A program made the translations under genes and the position numbers. From assembly GCF_009914755.1 (NCBI RefSeq), contig NC_060925.1: DNA of 64,000 nt; one strand, 5' to 3'. The stretch comes from the human T2T-CHM13v2.0 reference genome, Homo sapiens. Below, piece after piece: positions 12,837 through 29,300 of the stretch; the stretch's first letter is position 1, and each line of letters starts with the position of its first letter. Below the pieces are notes generated by a model that did not search any database, had not been told where the DNA came from, and saw only the letters and a program-made list of their open reading frames with translations.

Positions 12837-15378
12837 CTGGATGTCCTTTTTTAAAATTCAGGATTCCCCATTGCTAGTACAATATGTGGCACATAGTAGG
12901 CACTGAGTGATCTTTGCTTATAATTGTACATTTTAATGAATGGGGAAAGAGGACCAGAGAGGTTAAGTAATTTGCTCAGTAACACACAATCTGTAAGATC
13001 TGGAGCTTGAATTTAAACTCAAGTATGTCTGATTCCTGAGTCCATGCTTTTTCTGCCATAACTCCCTGGTTCCCCCTTCCTCTACATTCTTCCTCAGAAC
13101 ACCCAAGAAGTTCTGAGGAAGGATGGACCTGGGGGAGAAGGGCCCTGCCCGCTCTCTGCTGTCGTGTTTCGGGGAGGTGGCATAGCAGACAGAGCTGAGA
13201 GGGGGAGTAAAAGCAGGAAAGCTACCCAAGGGGTTTAAAACGAGACGATCACAGATGACGGCCTGATATAGGCAATGCTGTTGGCTTCCAGTTGCAAGCA
13301 CTGGCTCTCTGTGCTGTGAATTCACAGAGAGAAGGTGTATGAGGAGGCTGCAGGCCTCCACTGTCTGATAGTGTGTTGTCAGAGCCTGCACGCTCGTATG
13401 TGGATCACCCTAAATAAAACAGGAATGAGAAAAGAAACTCGTTATTTTAAAAAAGCGATACAGTGTCTTCTGCAGCCAACAATAACATAATTTAGAATTA
13501 CCTGCTATATGAGGATGATCTATGTCCCTGCAGCCCCTGAGCCTTCATAGGGAATGGAGAGGCAGGAGCTACAGGTACAGCATTGAAGACTACATAGGGG
13601 CATTCACCATTTCCAGAGCTCCAGGTTGGGGTATGGGGGGCAGGAGAGGGAAGAAGAGGAAGCCTCAGATCCCTCCCACCCGGGAAGCCAGGAGGCTCTA
13701 TTCCCCAGGCAGGACTCCCCCAGCCATTTCCCCTTTCCTTCCTGCTGTCAGCTGCAGCTGACAGGAATGAGGCTGCTGGGCTCCTCGGGGAGCCACCAGG
13801 CCTTTGGGGCCAATGCAGCTGCCTCTGCCCCCAGCCCCAGGCCAGCATCCTCCCCTGGCCCCCACTAGCCTGCCTCTCAGCTGCACATCTGCTAACTGGG
13901 GGCCTGAAGGGCCTTAGAGTAAAACCCCCCTCAGAACATCTGGAGTGTGGGGGGCTGGAGGGGAGCCCACCTGGAAGGGAGAGGAGATGGGAAAGTGGAG
14001 AGGGAAAGGGGAAAGAGAGAAGAGGAGGGAGAAGGAGGACTGTTGAGGGAGGGGCCAGACTGAGGGGATGAGGGGGAGATTGGAGGCAAACAAATAGTCC
14101 CCGGATTCTTAGTTCTGCCTTTTGTTGAGGTGAAATGGGTTGGAGGGGGTGTGGTGAAGGGGGTGCCCAGGGCTCCTCCAAGTCATCAAATGACACCACT
14201 TACGTCATCTCACTCCTCTGATCAGAAACCGCCCACAGACCACTGACCAGCTGGGGCAAATCTTCCCCTAAATTATAACTGTTTTCACCTTTGTGTCCCT
14301 ATACCCTGCTCTCTACTCCAGCGAAGCCACTTCCCTTTCTTCCCCCTACCTCCCCAAACTTGTCCTTCTACCTCCATGCATTGGCTTAAGCTGTTTCTCA
14401 GACTAGGAAGTCTTTCCTTTTCCTTTCTGCCAAGCCTTGACTATACTGCCTGCATCAATACAGCCCTCTCCTCCTCCAGGAAGCCCCCCTAGAATAATTC
14501 CATCTGACTCTGGGCCTGCTGGGGAACACTAAATACCAGAGCCAGGCATCCTCACTCTTTATAATTATTTCTTGTCTCTTAGCCTTGGCTTTCCCATCTG
14601 TAAAGTGGGTGCAGCCCCTGGGCTCCTGTACGTGAAAGGTACCATGGGTGATTAGTGGCAGGATTGCCACCAGCTGAGCCAAATGCCCTGCTGGACCAGA
14701 GTCTGCCAGCAACTACCTGCTGCCAGGGGCATGGAGAAGAACCTGACAAGAATTCAGGTTGTGGAAAGGAACAGGGCACTGACAATACATAGCCTTTAGG
14801 TACTGCCCAGAAATCTGGTTTCGGACTTGTGGGATTGGGACACTAAATGGTAGCCTTTTGGCAGGTGTGAAAAGTTTGGAAAGGGCTCCATGCCCAGCCC
14901 ATGGCAGATGGGTATGCTTCCTGTCTCCTTTCTCTCCCTGACAAGAGTCCTGAATCTGACTGTGTCCAGACTGCTTTGAGACTTGAAAGTCAGAGGGAAG
15001 AAGGAAAGTAAGCCTTAGGGAGCATTTGCTAGGTGCCAAGCATTGTGTCAGGCACATGCATGGGCACTCTCACCACACTCCTTAATTGAGGGCTTCAACG
15101 CACCCAGCAGGAAGACATTCTGACACTCTCGAGTCATGGCTCAGTCTGGGGACTCCAGACTGTGGCAGCCCAAATAATCTGTCTACTTTTAGCTGGAAGG
15201 GTGATGTTTGATTTTAGGGTCTCTGAAAATAGTGCTGCTTTTCTGTGAAAACCAGCTCTGCCATTTCTAGATAAAGTATCATAACCAAATTGTCTGAACA
15301 TTCTGAGCCTCAGTTTTGTGATCTATAAACTAGGAATAACAAAGTGGTTGTTTTGAAGACTCATGAGATGACGTATAG

Positions 15379-16375
<997 letters not shown>

Positions 16376-16909
16376 TACTGTTCTTATTAGACTAATCTCC
16401 AGAACTGGCTCCTACCACATCATCATTTTCCACCAGGGTGGGAGCCTGAGGCAGGATGCTTTGTGCAGCTCAGGGAAACTCTGGCTGTGAGGAGCTGGAG
16501 TAGGATAGACTGGAGGGGTTCCTCACCTCTGGTCAGGCTTTGCTGCAAAACTAGATTATCCAGGAAGGGAAAGATACTTCCTCCACCGCTGACCTCAGGA
16601 ATGGTCCGTCTGGTGGTGAGTTGCCCCTGCCATGAGTGAATGTGGGTCATTCCTTCCATTATGTTTGCATTCTGCAGATCTGTGTTGTACACTTCCCCAT
16701 GCCAGGTGCTGATGTGCCTGCCTTCAGTGAGTTTGTTACCAAATAAGGGCTGTGAGACATGTTCATAAATAGTACATGCTAGAATAAATATAGCTGGTGC
16801 ATATGCAAAGTCCAGAATGCTGTGGGAAGGGGAGGAGCAAGTGTTTGCTGGGTGAGTGTGCCAGCACTGTGCCAGTTTTGAAGGTAGAATAGGAGTTGAA
16901 CTGGTGGAC

Positions 16910-17040
16910 GCTGAATGAGGTGGCTCATGCCTGTGATAGTATTTTGGGAGGCTGAGGCGGGAGGATCTCTTGAACTCAGGAGTTGAAGATCAGCTGGGGC
17001 TGTAACAATAGTTGAGACTCTGTCTCTACAAAAAAAAAGG
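16910..17040 (+). mobile_element. Alu monomer (FLAM-like)
   Basis: Single diverged left monomer followed by an A-tail. Confidence 0.75.
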
Positions 17041-18300
17041 AAAGAGAAAAGAGTTGAAAAGACAGTTTTTGCTAGGAGGGAAAAGCCTGAGTGAAGTGTG
17101 AAGGCAGCGAATTGGGGGCGCGGGGATGGGGTGTGACATTGCTTTAGAGAATGGCAGCTTGGTTTGGTGCAGACACAGCTTCCTGTGCTTGTAGCACTGT
17201 CTGCCTGCCCACTTGAAGGAAGACCTGTGTGTAGGAGATAAATCTGCAGAGAGGGCCGTGACTTTTGATGACCAGCTAAGGACTGCCTCACAGGCAAGGG
17301 AGGTTCACCACAGGGTTTTCGTGGAGACAGATGTGTGTCCCAGAAAAGCACTTGGACCTAGCTGTCCATAGTGGACCCCAGAGCTTCTGCCATGGGCCAC
17401 AAGTGAGGCCAGTTAGGAGATCACTTCAGGAGGGGTCCTGGACCACAGCAGTGGCCTTGGGGTCAGGAGGAGCGGGCATGGCCTTGAGATTCCATTACCA
17501 GGACCTGGTGACTGATTGTATAGGAAATCCAGGCAAAGGTGGGACACAGAGCAGGTGAAATGAAGCAAATAAATCCCTTTCCACTGCCTGCTCCTCGTCT
17601 CTCCCTCCCCAGCGCCCTTCCCCGCTCAGGCTGCAGAGTCCGTGGAGCACTCCCTTGCCGGCCCCCCTTAGCTCAGCTCTCCAACAGCCTGGGAGTTAAT
17701 TATACACTGACGTACTTTGTTTTTAAAAACATGTTTATTTTTGCTCTGACTCATTGTAGAAAATTTAGAAAATACAAAAAATAAAAAGAAGAAAATAAAA
17801 ATCACCCACAATTCTACCACCCAGACACAATGCTTGTTAACATTTCTGTGTATTTCTCTATGAGCACACATACTCTTACAAACACACATGCTTCCTTTGT
17901 GATACATTAAATCTTTACATATTATGTCAGCATCTGGTTTATTGTCTCTTTAAAATTGTGCGAGTACATCACTAGTGTAAGACTTTTAGCTTTAAATATT
18001 TAACAATTGAGATATAATTTACACAGCATAAAGTTCTCTCTTTTAAAATATGCAATTCGGTGATTATTAGCATATTTACCAAGTTGTGCAACTATCACCA
18101 ATAAGTCTAGAACATTTTTTGTCACCCAAGAAAGAAAATCCTTACTCATTAGCAGTCACTCTCTATCTCATCTTCCCCCAGCCCCTGACAACCAGTAATC
18201 TGCTTTCTGTCTCTTTGGATTTGCCTGTTCTGGACATTTTATATAAATGGAATAATACAATATATAGCTTTTAATATCTGGCTTTTTTTACTTAGCATAA

Positions 18301-18665
<365 letters not shown>

Positions 18666-19224
18666 ACCTTATTCCTTTTTATAGCTGAATTATATTCCTT
18701 GGTATAGATATACCACATTTTATTTTACCTCTGTATCAGTTGATGGATACTTGGGCTGTTTCCACGTTTTGGTTATTATGAATAATGCTGCTAAAAACAT
18801 TTGTGTGTAAGTTTTTATGTACACATATGTTGTCAGTTATCCTGGGTATCTAACTAGAAATGGAATTGCTGGGTCATATAGAAACTCTATGTAAAACTTT
18901 TTGAAACACTGTCAAACTCTTTTCCAAAGTGACTGCACCATTTTATATTTCTGCCAGTATTGTATGGGCATTTCAATTTCTCCACATCCTTGCCAACACT
19001 TGTTATGTCTTTTTGATTATAGCCATCCTAGTGGGTGTGAAGTGGTATCTCGTTGTGGTTCTGATTTGCATTTCCCTGATGATTAATGATGTTAAGGATC
19101 TTTTTGTGTACTTATTGGCCATTTGTATATCTTGTTTGGAGAAATGTCTATTTAGATCCCTTGCCTATTTTCTGACTGGGTTGTCTTTTCATTGTTGAGT
19201 TGTCACAATTCTTTATATATTAAA

Positions 19225-19402
19225 GACATAAGTCCCTTATCAGATATATGGTTTGAAAATGTTTTTCTCCCATTCTGTCTTTTGTCTTTTTCACTTTCTT
19301 TATCATATCCTTTGACATAAGTCCCTTATCAGATATATGGTTTGAAAATGTTTTTCTCCCATTCTGTCTTTTGTCTTTTTCACTTTCTTTATCATATCCT
19401 TT
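19225..19402. repeat. Perfect 89-bp tandem duplication
   Basis: 19225-19313 is identical to 19314-19402. Confidence 0.95.
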
Positions 19403-22159
19403 GAAGCACAAAAGTTTTTAATTTCAATGAAGTCCAATTAGTCTATTTTTTGGTTTGTTTGTTGTACTTTTGGTGTTATATCTAAAAAACCATTACCTAA
19501 TCCGAGGTCAGAAAGATATATGCCTATGTTGTCTTATAAGGATTTAACAGTTTTAGGTCTTTAAACCATTTTAATTTTTGAATATGGTTCATACATACAC
19601 AATGTAGCTAGAGGTCCAGCTACATTCTTTTGCATGTAGATATCCACATGTTCCAGCACAACATTTTTGTCATCCCAAATGCTATTCTTTAAAAACGCTG
19701 TTTTCTCCTATTGAATTGTCTTAGCACTGTTCTTGATCATCAATTGCCCATAAATGTAAGAATTTATTTCTGGACTCTGAATTCTATTCAATTGATCTAC
19801 ATATCTATCCTTACCATATAGGGCTATATGGTCTGCATTACTGTAGCTTTGTAATAAGTTTTGAAATTGGGAAGGGTGAGTCTTCCTACTTTGTTATTTT
19901 CAAGGTTTGACTATTCTTGCTCCCTTGCATTTCCATATAAATTTTAGAATCAGCTTGTCAACTTCTGAAAAAAGACCACTAGGACTGTGATAGTGGTAGC
20001 ATTGAATCTGTAGATCAATTTGTTGAGTATTGCCATCTTAACAATATTGTCTTCCAATCCATGAATATGGGATATTTTCCGATTTATTTAGGTGTTTTTA
20101 AATTTCTTTCAACAATGTTTTGTCATTTTGAGAGTATAGGTTTTGCACTGTTTTTGTTAAATTTATTCCTAAGTATTTTGTTCTTATTGATGCTATTTTA
20201 AGTGGAATTGTTTTCTTAATTTCTTTTTTTGGAATACTCATTGCAAGTGTACAGAAATCCAATTGATTTATATATATTGATCTTATATCTTGCAGCTTTG
20301 CTGTACTCATTTACTAGATATAATAATTTCTTTGCGGATTTTTATTAAGTTTCTAATGTTTAATAGGAGCAGTCCCTGTTCATTTTTCTCTTATATTTTG
20401 CTCATCTATTTATTATATGACATGAACTTTAGTTTTATTTTATGAAGGTGCCGTCACTTCCTGCCAAAAATGTCCCACTGGGATCTTAATTGGAATTACA
20501 TTGTCTATAAGTTGATTTGTAGAGGCTTTACATAATTAAAAAATATAGTCTTCTCCTACAAGATTTATTATTTCTCTTAATTCAAAACATCTTTTATGTA
20601 TCTCAGTAATATTTTTATAGTTTTTGTTTTTTTTCATTAATGACTCATTTCTTGTTAGAATTACTCCATGATATTTATTGGGTTGTGTTTGTTTATGAGC
20701 TTTCTTTGGTGGCTATTGCTAATGTAAAGGGGGTATTTTCATCATTGTCTCTTTTATTTATTGTTGGAATTTAGGAAAATATTGAGGTGTATACATTCAT
20801 CTTGTATTTGATCACTTTATTAAATTCTCTTATTAATCTTAAGGCTTTATCATTGATTCTCTTGGAATTTATAGATATCTAATATTATTTGTAAGTAATA
20901 ATTATACCTCTTATTTCTGTTTCCTGTCTTATGCGTTAGAGCTTTCAGAACAATGACTATTAGCAATTATGACAATGAACATATTTATCTTGTTCTGGAT
21001 TTTAAGAGGAAGATCTCTAGTATTTTCTCATTAAGTATGATACTGGATATCCTTTGAGATAATAGACTTTACCATGTTGAGAAAGTATTTCTCTGTGTCA
21101 ATATTTTACATTTTTTTAAATTAGAAGTTTTAAATGTTGCTGAGTGGTTTTTTTAGTATATATTATGGTTATATATACTAAACCCATTATACTATAATAG
21201 AATTTATTATTTTAACATCACAGTATTCTTTGGATAATCCCATCTTGATGGTGGTAGACTATTCTTACTGTGTTTTATTGCCAGTATTGTAATTACAATA
21301 TGTACATCCTAATAAAATATTCATAAATGAGAATGGGCTATAGCTTGTTTTCTGTGCTCTCTTTGATCACTTTTGTTATTGGTTTAAACTGAGTTCCAAG
21401 AATGAATTGAGTATCATTCCAGTTTTTTCTATCCCTGGAACAATTTATAGAGCATGAAAATTATTTTTTACTTGAAAGTTTGGAAAAATTTACTGACAAA
21501 TTTCCTGGCCCCAGAACCTGTGTTTGAAGAGCAAATTCTTTGATAACATTTCTAATTTCTTCTTTAGTGTTTGATCTCTTTGGTTTTCTACTTCTTAGAT
21601 AGTTTTGAGCATTATCTTTTCCTGAAAACTATCCATTTCATCAAAATCTTTTCCATCTGTGCTAATATATTAAATTATTTTAAGAAAATGAGTTGTATCC
21701 TGGAAAGATGTAAATGATGCTTTGTCTCACGTCTATCATGTTTTATACTTTTTAAAGGCTTAATTGATGTTTCCATTGTTCTCCTTCTTGCCTTCTCCTC
21801 CTCCTTCCTCCCATCTCTCTTTCCCCCTTTCCCTCCCTCTCTCTTTTAGGTACTCTATCCCTCAAATTTTAGCCACCCTGGCTTCCCTGAACTCTGCACG
21901 CTATCTCCTCAACTTAGAGTGAACACAAGTTCTGCCTGAGTTCCCTCTCTTTGTCCTGCAGCCTGGACACCCTCTCCAGGCAAAAGCCTGGCCAATCATA
22001 AGGCTCACAGAATGTGCCTCCCGGCTGTCAGCAATCACGGTCCTGCGCTGCCTGTTGTCCAATGCCTCAAACCTGTTGCTTTTCACTTGTTTGAGGCAAA
22101 AACAACTGCTACTCCAATCCTGCCTGGAAGTAAAAGCCAAGAAGAATTCCCCATTATCT

Positions 22160-22740
22160 CATTTTATTTTATTATTATTATGGTTTTCTGAGACGGAGTC
22201 TCACTCTGTCGTCCCGGCTGGAGTGTAGTGTCTTGATTTCGGCCTCAGCCTCCTGGGTTCAAGTGATTCTCCTGCCTCAGCCTCCCGAGTAGCTGGAATT
22301 ACAGGCATGTGTCACCACGCCCAGTTAATTTTTGTATTTTTAGTAGAGATGGGGTTTTGTCATGTTGGCCAGACTGATTTCGAACTCCTAACCTCAGGTG
22401 ATCCGCCCGTCTCAGCCTACCAAAGTGTTAGGATTACAGGTGTGAGCCACCGCTCCTGGACTATTTTATTTTTTCAGACAGAGTCTCGCTCTGTCGCCCA
22501 GGCTGTAGTGCAGTGGCACAATCTTGGCTCCCTGCAGCCTCTGCCTCCCGGGCTCAAGTGATTTTCCTGCCTCAGCCTCCCAAGTAGCTAGGACTACAGG
22601 CATGTGTCTCCATGCCCAGCTAATTTTTGTATTTTTAGTAGAGAAAGGGTTTCACCATGTTGGCCAGGCTGGTCTCGAACTCCTGACATCCGCCTGTCTT
22701 GGCTTCCCAAAGTGTCGGGAATGAGCCACCGTGCTCTGCC
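22160..22740 (-). mobile_element. Two tandem antisense Alus, each with an internal deletion
   Basis: Alu bodies at ~22160-22460 and ~22463-22740. Confidence 0.88.
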
Positions 22741-23201
22741 AAATTCCCCATTCTTGAGTTCTTCATTTAAAAATTATCTCTCTTGATTGCCTGTAGTATA
22801 TTTTCAAGTAGTTTTTCCCCCAAGAACAACAGATGGCAACTGTATTTCTGATCTTTTATATAGTTGAGAATATATTTTTTTGTGGCCAACTAACTAATAT
22901 ATTTTTTTGTGGCCAATATAAAATTATTGGATCACAATCTATTTTTCTCAGAATCCTGTAGATAAGGCTCCATTTCCCCCTGACATGCAGCGTGCCAGGA
23001 AATTCTGAGGTCAGCCTTATCATTTTATTCTTTCAAGGAGAGCATATTTTTTCTTTATGAATGCTTACAAGATTTTTTTTCTTTATCCTTACAACTGAAA
23101 TGTTTGCCAGAATGTGTTGAGGTATTCTTTCCACTTAGTTTGCTTGGGATACAATAAACATCTTAAATCTACACTATTCTTTCAGCTCTAATGTTTTCTT
23201 T

Positions 23202-24759
<1,558 letters not shown>

Positions 24760-25181
24760 TCACTCTGGGTTTAATCCTCTGGAATACCTATGATTCTCAA
24801 ATTCAAATTCAGTTCTCGTTTCTATCTATCTCATATTTATTTCCATAATCTTCGCCCCTTTGTCCTTTTATTCTGACTTCAAGGAGAGTGTCTCATGTTT
24901 ATTCTCCCCATTGCTAATTCAGTTTTTTGCTGGGCCAGGTCTACTCATTATCACCTACAATGCAAATTTGAATTTTGCTTTTTTAATTTACTTCCCCTGC
25001 AGTCTTCCCATATCTCACCTAGTTCCATTTACACTTCAATTTGTCTTTGAAACTTGCCTTTTATTTTATTTTATTTTATTTTATTTTATTTTATGCTGTT
25101 GTTCTTCTGTCTTAGCTTTTTTTCTTTTCATGGATTTTTGTTCCTGTTTCAGAGAGGTCATGATTTCTTGTACCTTACTGA

Positions 25182-25786
<605 letters not shown>

Positions 25787-26926
25787 TGAGGTTAGGTCAG
25801 AAGGCTCTAGAAAGAGGAGTTTTAAGCAGAGCTTTGAAGAGAGGATGGAGAAACATCTTTCAAAGAGGGGCATCAACCTATACAAAGATCCAAAGATGAA
25901 TAAACTATGTACTGTGGGACAAAGAGGTAAGGCAAGAGGCACATTTGCATATGAAATAGAGAACTGGGGGAGATCTTCTGAGAAATTATGCTGGTAAGAC
26001 AGTCATTTCAGGGAAGGGATCTTGAAGCCCAAGCCAAAGAGTTTGGGGTTGACTAGAAGCCATAGATAATTCTGAGCAAGAGAAAAACAAGATTCCAACC
26101 GTGGGGATGATTGTGTAGTCTGTGTGAGTGGATGGACGGATGGATGAATGGAGAAATTGATGGATGGAGGGATGTGGGGCCAGGAAATAGGGAGGCTGGG
26201 GAGGGGAGGGTTGAAACTATACAGGTATAACCTCTCCAGTTCTCATACTGGTCACAGAGAGCCTGGGAGCTCTTGGGAATGAGGGAGAAAATAGATTGTG
26301 GGAAGGACTGGAACCCTGTGGGAAGCCATGGTTGATATGGACTTTTCCCATTTCTTCTCTCCCTTCTCCTATGGTACTTTTAGAAGTGTTAATATGTGCC
26401 TGAGTTTTCCCTGGTGCCTATTACTACAAAGTCTGCTAGGACAGCTTTTAAGTATCTTTAAAACTCTGGGATATCACTTCTATTCCCTAAGCCTCTGACA
26501 TCACTGCCCCCTTTCTGGAGAAGCAAGTCGGGAAGATCTCCATCGGCCTCTTCCTCTACCAACCACAGCCACCCTTTGCCAGGGCAGGCAGCCAGGCCTC
26601 AAGCAACCACAGGACCCGGCTCCCAAGCACATCTCAGACAGCCCACGAAGGTCGCCAGAAACCAGCCTGATGTCTGCAATTCAATGGCTGGAGGCTGGGG
26701 GATGGATGAGATGGCTTTTTGTAGTTCCCACCCCAGGATTCCGGGATTGTCACCCACAAAGGTGGCCTTCTGCCCAGATCTGTAGGTCTGTGTCTTTGGG
26801 GGAAGCTCCTAAAGGCTACACACAGAGGCACTTCCCTGTCTCCCTCCTGGAGGGTGGGTAATTATTTTTATATATTGCTGCTGAATAAAATACAAGGAAT
26901 AGCTTGGAGGAATGCTCAGGTATCAT

Positions 26927-27152
26927 CCTTTGATGTATACAAAGGAAGCACTTTCTCTGCCCGCCCCCGCCGCCACCCCAGGGGTTCTTGCACACCCATC
27001 AATGCTCCTGACAGATGGAAGGAAAGGAGAGTTGAGGCATTAGCATAGCCAGGAGAACCAGTTGGAATTGCCTTCGTTTTAATATCCCACCTTTGATCTA
27101 TTGAGAGGCTGACAGTGAGGGGAAGGATCTTATTAGATGGCATAAATCAAAG
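26927..27152. promoter_or_regulatory. Candidate Wnt-responsive element: clustered TCF/LEF motifs plus a GC helper site
   Basis: CCTTTGATG 26927-26935, CCTTTGATC 27090-27098, ATCAAAG 27146-27152 and GCCGCCA 26969-26975, in non-repeat sequence. Motif evidence only. Confidence 0.5.
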
Positions 27153-29154
27153 CTGATGAAATCACTTTCCTCCAACAAGCTTTTCCCCTGGGTGAGGAGA
27201 GAGAGAAAAGTGCTGCTCTAGCTCCCACCTCCCCTCTCTCCTCAATTGTAAGTGGGTATGGAAAGGTTAATTCAAGGCTCCATGCACCATCACCCCCACC
27301 CCACCTCTGCAGGGAAGTGGAGTTCTCACTCCAGCTTCTGGTGGCTCAGTTGACCTCCTCTGCTCCCCATGCTCTCTGTCACCATGGGACTGTCCCACCA
27401 GGAGTACTCAGGCTCCGACTCCCCAGAGTTGTCACTTTTGGGCTCTTCAGGGCTTGTGTGCTCTGTGAGGGCCTGGTGATGGGTTCCAGATGGGGAGAGG
27501 CACTGCTGGGATGCAAGGGATGAGCCCCAAGTGTTGGATGCTGCCAAGGAATGGTTCTCAGAGACCAGGGTCTTCATAGTTCCTCAACCAGTGACCTGGG
27601 AAGTGTCTCTGGGGGCCCCCCATTGCACTGTATGTGGGGGTGGGCAGGAATCGGTGAACACCTTCTTCTTCTCCCAAGAGGACAAGGGCAGGAGAGAGGT
27701 GAACAGTGAACTCAAAGAACACCGGACTCAAAACCAATGCCTTCTCTGGCTTTGCCATCTCTTTACTCTGTGACCTTGGACAAATCACTCAGTCCCTCAG
27801 AGTCCCCTTTCCTCCCTGGTTAAGTGGGGTCCCTGTTAGCTGTCACTTCCACTGCTGTGATCTCCCCATCAAGCAATCATCTGAACAATGCTGAAAGTGC
27901 CCATAACTGGATCAATAAAAAACACAGACTGAATATCCATGGTGGGCAAGTTTCAGGGAAAGAGGGGACATAGCCCGCGTCTTCAGGGGTCTTCCCATGT
28001 AATGGGGGAGAAAAGTGACCAAAGTGGGCACTTGGGTAAAGTTGTTCAAAGCTCTGAAGTTGGCCTTTTACTATCTCCCACCTCTATCGACCATCTTTCC
28101 CAGCTCCTCATCTCTCTGGTCCAAAGCTCCCTGTGTTCCAAGTCTGTGTCTCATTTTTAGAAGCTTCTCTCAAAAAGCTGTTCTCCACTAAAAGGCTACC
28201 TAATAATACTTTCCAGATTAAAAAAAAAAAAAAATAACAGGCAGCTTCTACACTCTAAAAAAAGAATATTATCCAAATGGTAGAATTTGGTCATCTTGAG
28301 ATGCCTGGAGGTGGGGGAGTGGGGGTTGGCTACTCTGTGCCTCTGCACAACACCATGTGCTTGTAAGTTGCCCTGCCTGGGGACACAGGGACATAGCACA
28401 GAAGAATTTGTCCAAAGAATGTATAGGCTCTCGGACGGACAGAGCCACAGGGACTCTTGAAGCGAACCCCTCCTTGAGCAGGTGAAGACACTGATCCTGG
28501 AGAGAGGAAAGGGACTCGTCTGAAGTCATAGCGCCCTGTGTATCAGCAAGAACAAGACCTTTGCCAGCCTTCACATCCCCACCCCCACCCCACCAGAGTG
28601 GTCTTTCTCAACCCAGACTTCCCAATGCCTACAATTTAAAGTTCAGATCCATAAAGCCCCCAAGGACCCGCACGTTCTTTTCCCTACTACCTTTCGCATC
28701 TGACCCAAGCCCTCACTCCCTGCGTCACCCAGGACCCTCTGCTCAGCACAGATGAGTTGTTCTCCTCTCCCATGTTGTTCTTTGGTCAGTACCTCTGCAC
28801 ACACCCTTCTTTGCCAGAAATGCTCATTACCCTCATCCACTTGGTGAAAATTCAGTTATTCCTCAAGACTCACATGAATGTCCCCTCTTTACTCCTTCTA
28901 GGAAGTTTTTCCTACCTCCGTGGCTGAAGGTTCCACACCCTTTAATTCATTCCCTCAACTCTTGGTGCACACCATTTTCAGACACAGCCTCTCTTTTCCT
29001 CTCTCTCTAACGCGCGCGCACACACACACACACAATCACAATTGATTATTTGTTAATCTTCGTTGCTAGACTATGAGTTCCTTGAGGGCAGGAACCAAAT
29101 TCATTCATCTCTGTATCCTTCATGTCTTGTGTGGAACGCCTGGCTAATTTCTTA

Positions 29155-29300
29155 GAACTGTGCCATCCAGTATGGCATGTGTCAGTTAAAATAAAATTTA
29201 AAATGCGGTTCCTCAGTCATGCTGGCCACACTTCAAGAGCTCAATAGCCACAGGGCGGATAATGAATATGTCTCTGCAGAAAGCTCTATTGAACAGTGTT
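29155..29300. mobile_element. MER3-like DNA transposon fossil
   Basis: ctgtgccatccagtatgg...cacttcaagagctcaatagccaca...agaaagctctattgaacagtg. Confidence 0.65.

Noticed and set aside
13306-13331. Palindrome CTGTGAATTCACAG / short hairpin
   Set aside because: Too short for a pre-miRNA, and a palindrome of this size is plausible by chance in 64 kb.
13498-14199. 233-aa minus-strand ORF (also the ORFs at 3474-4019 and 39686-40231)
   Set aside because: Low-complexity products of purine-rich + strand tracts, with no recognisable domain or exon structure.
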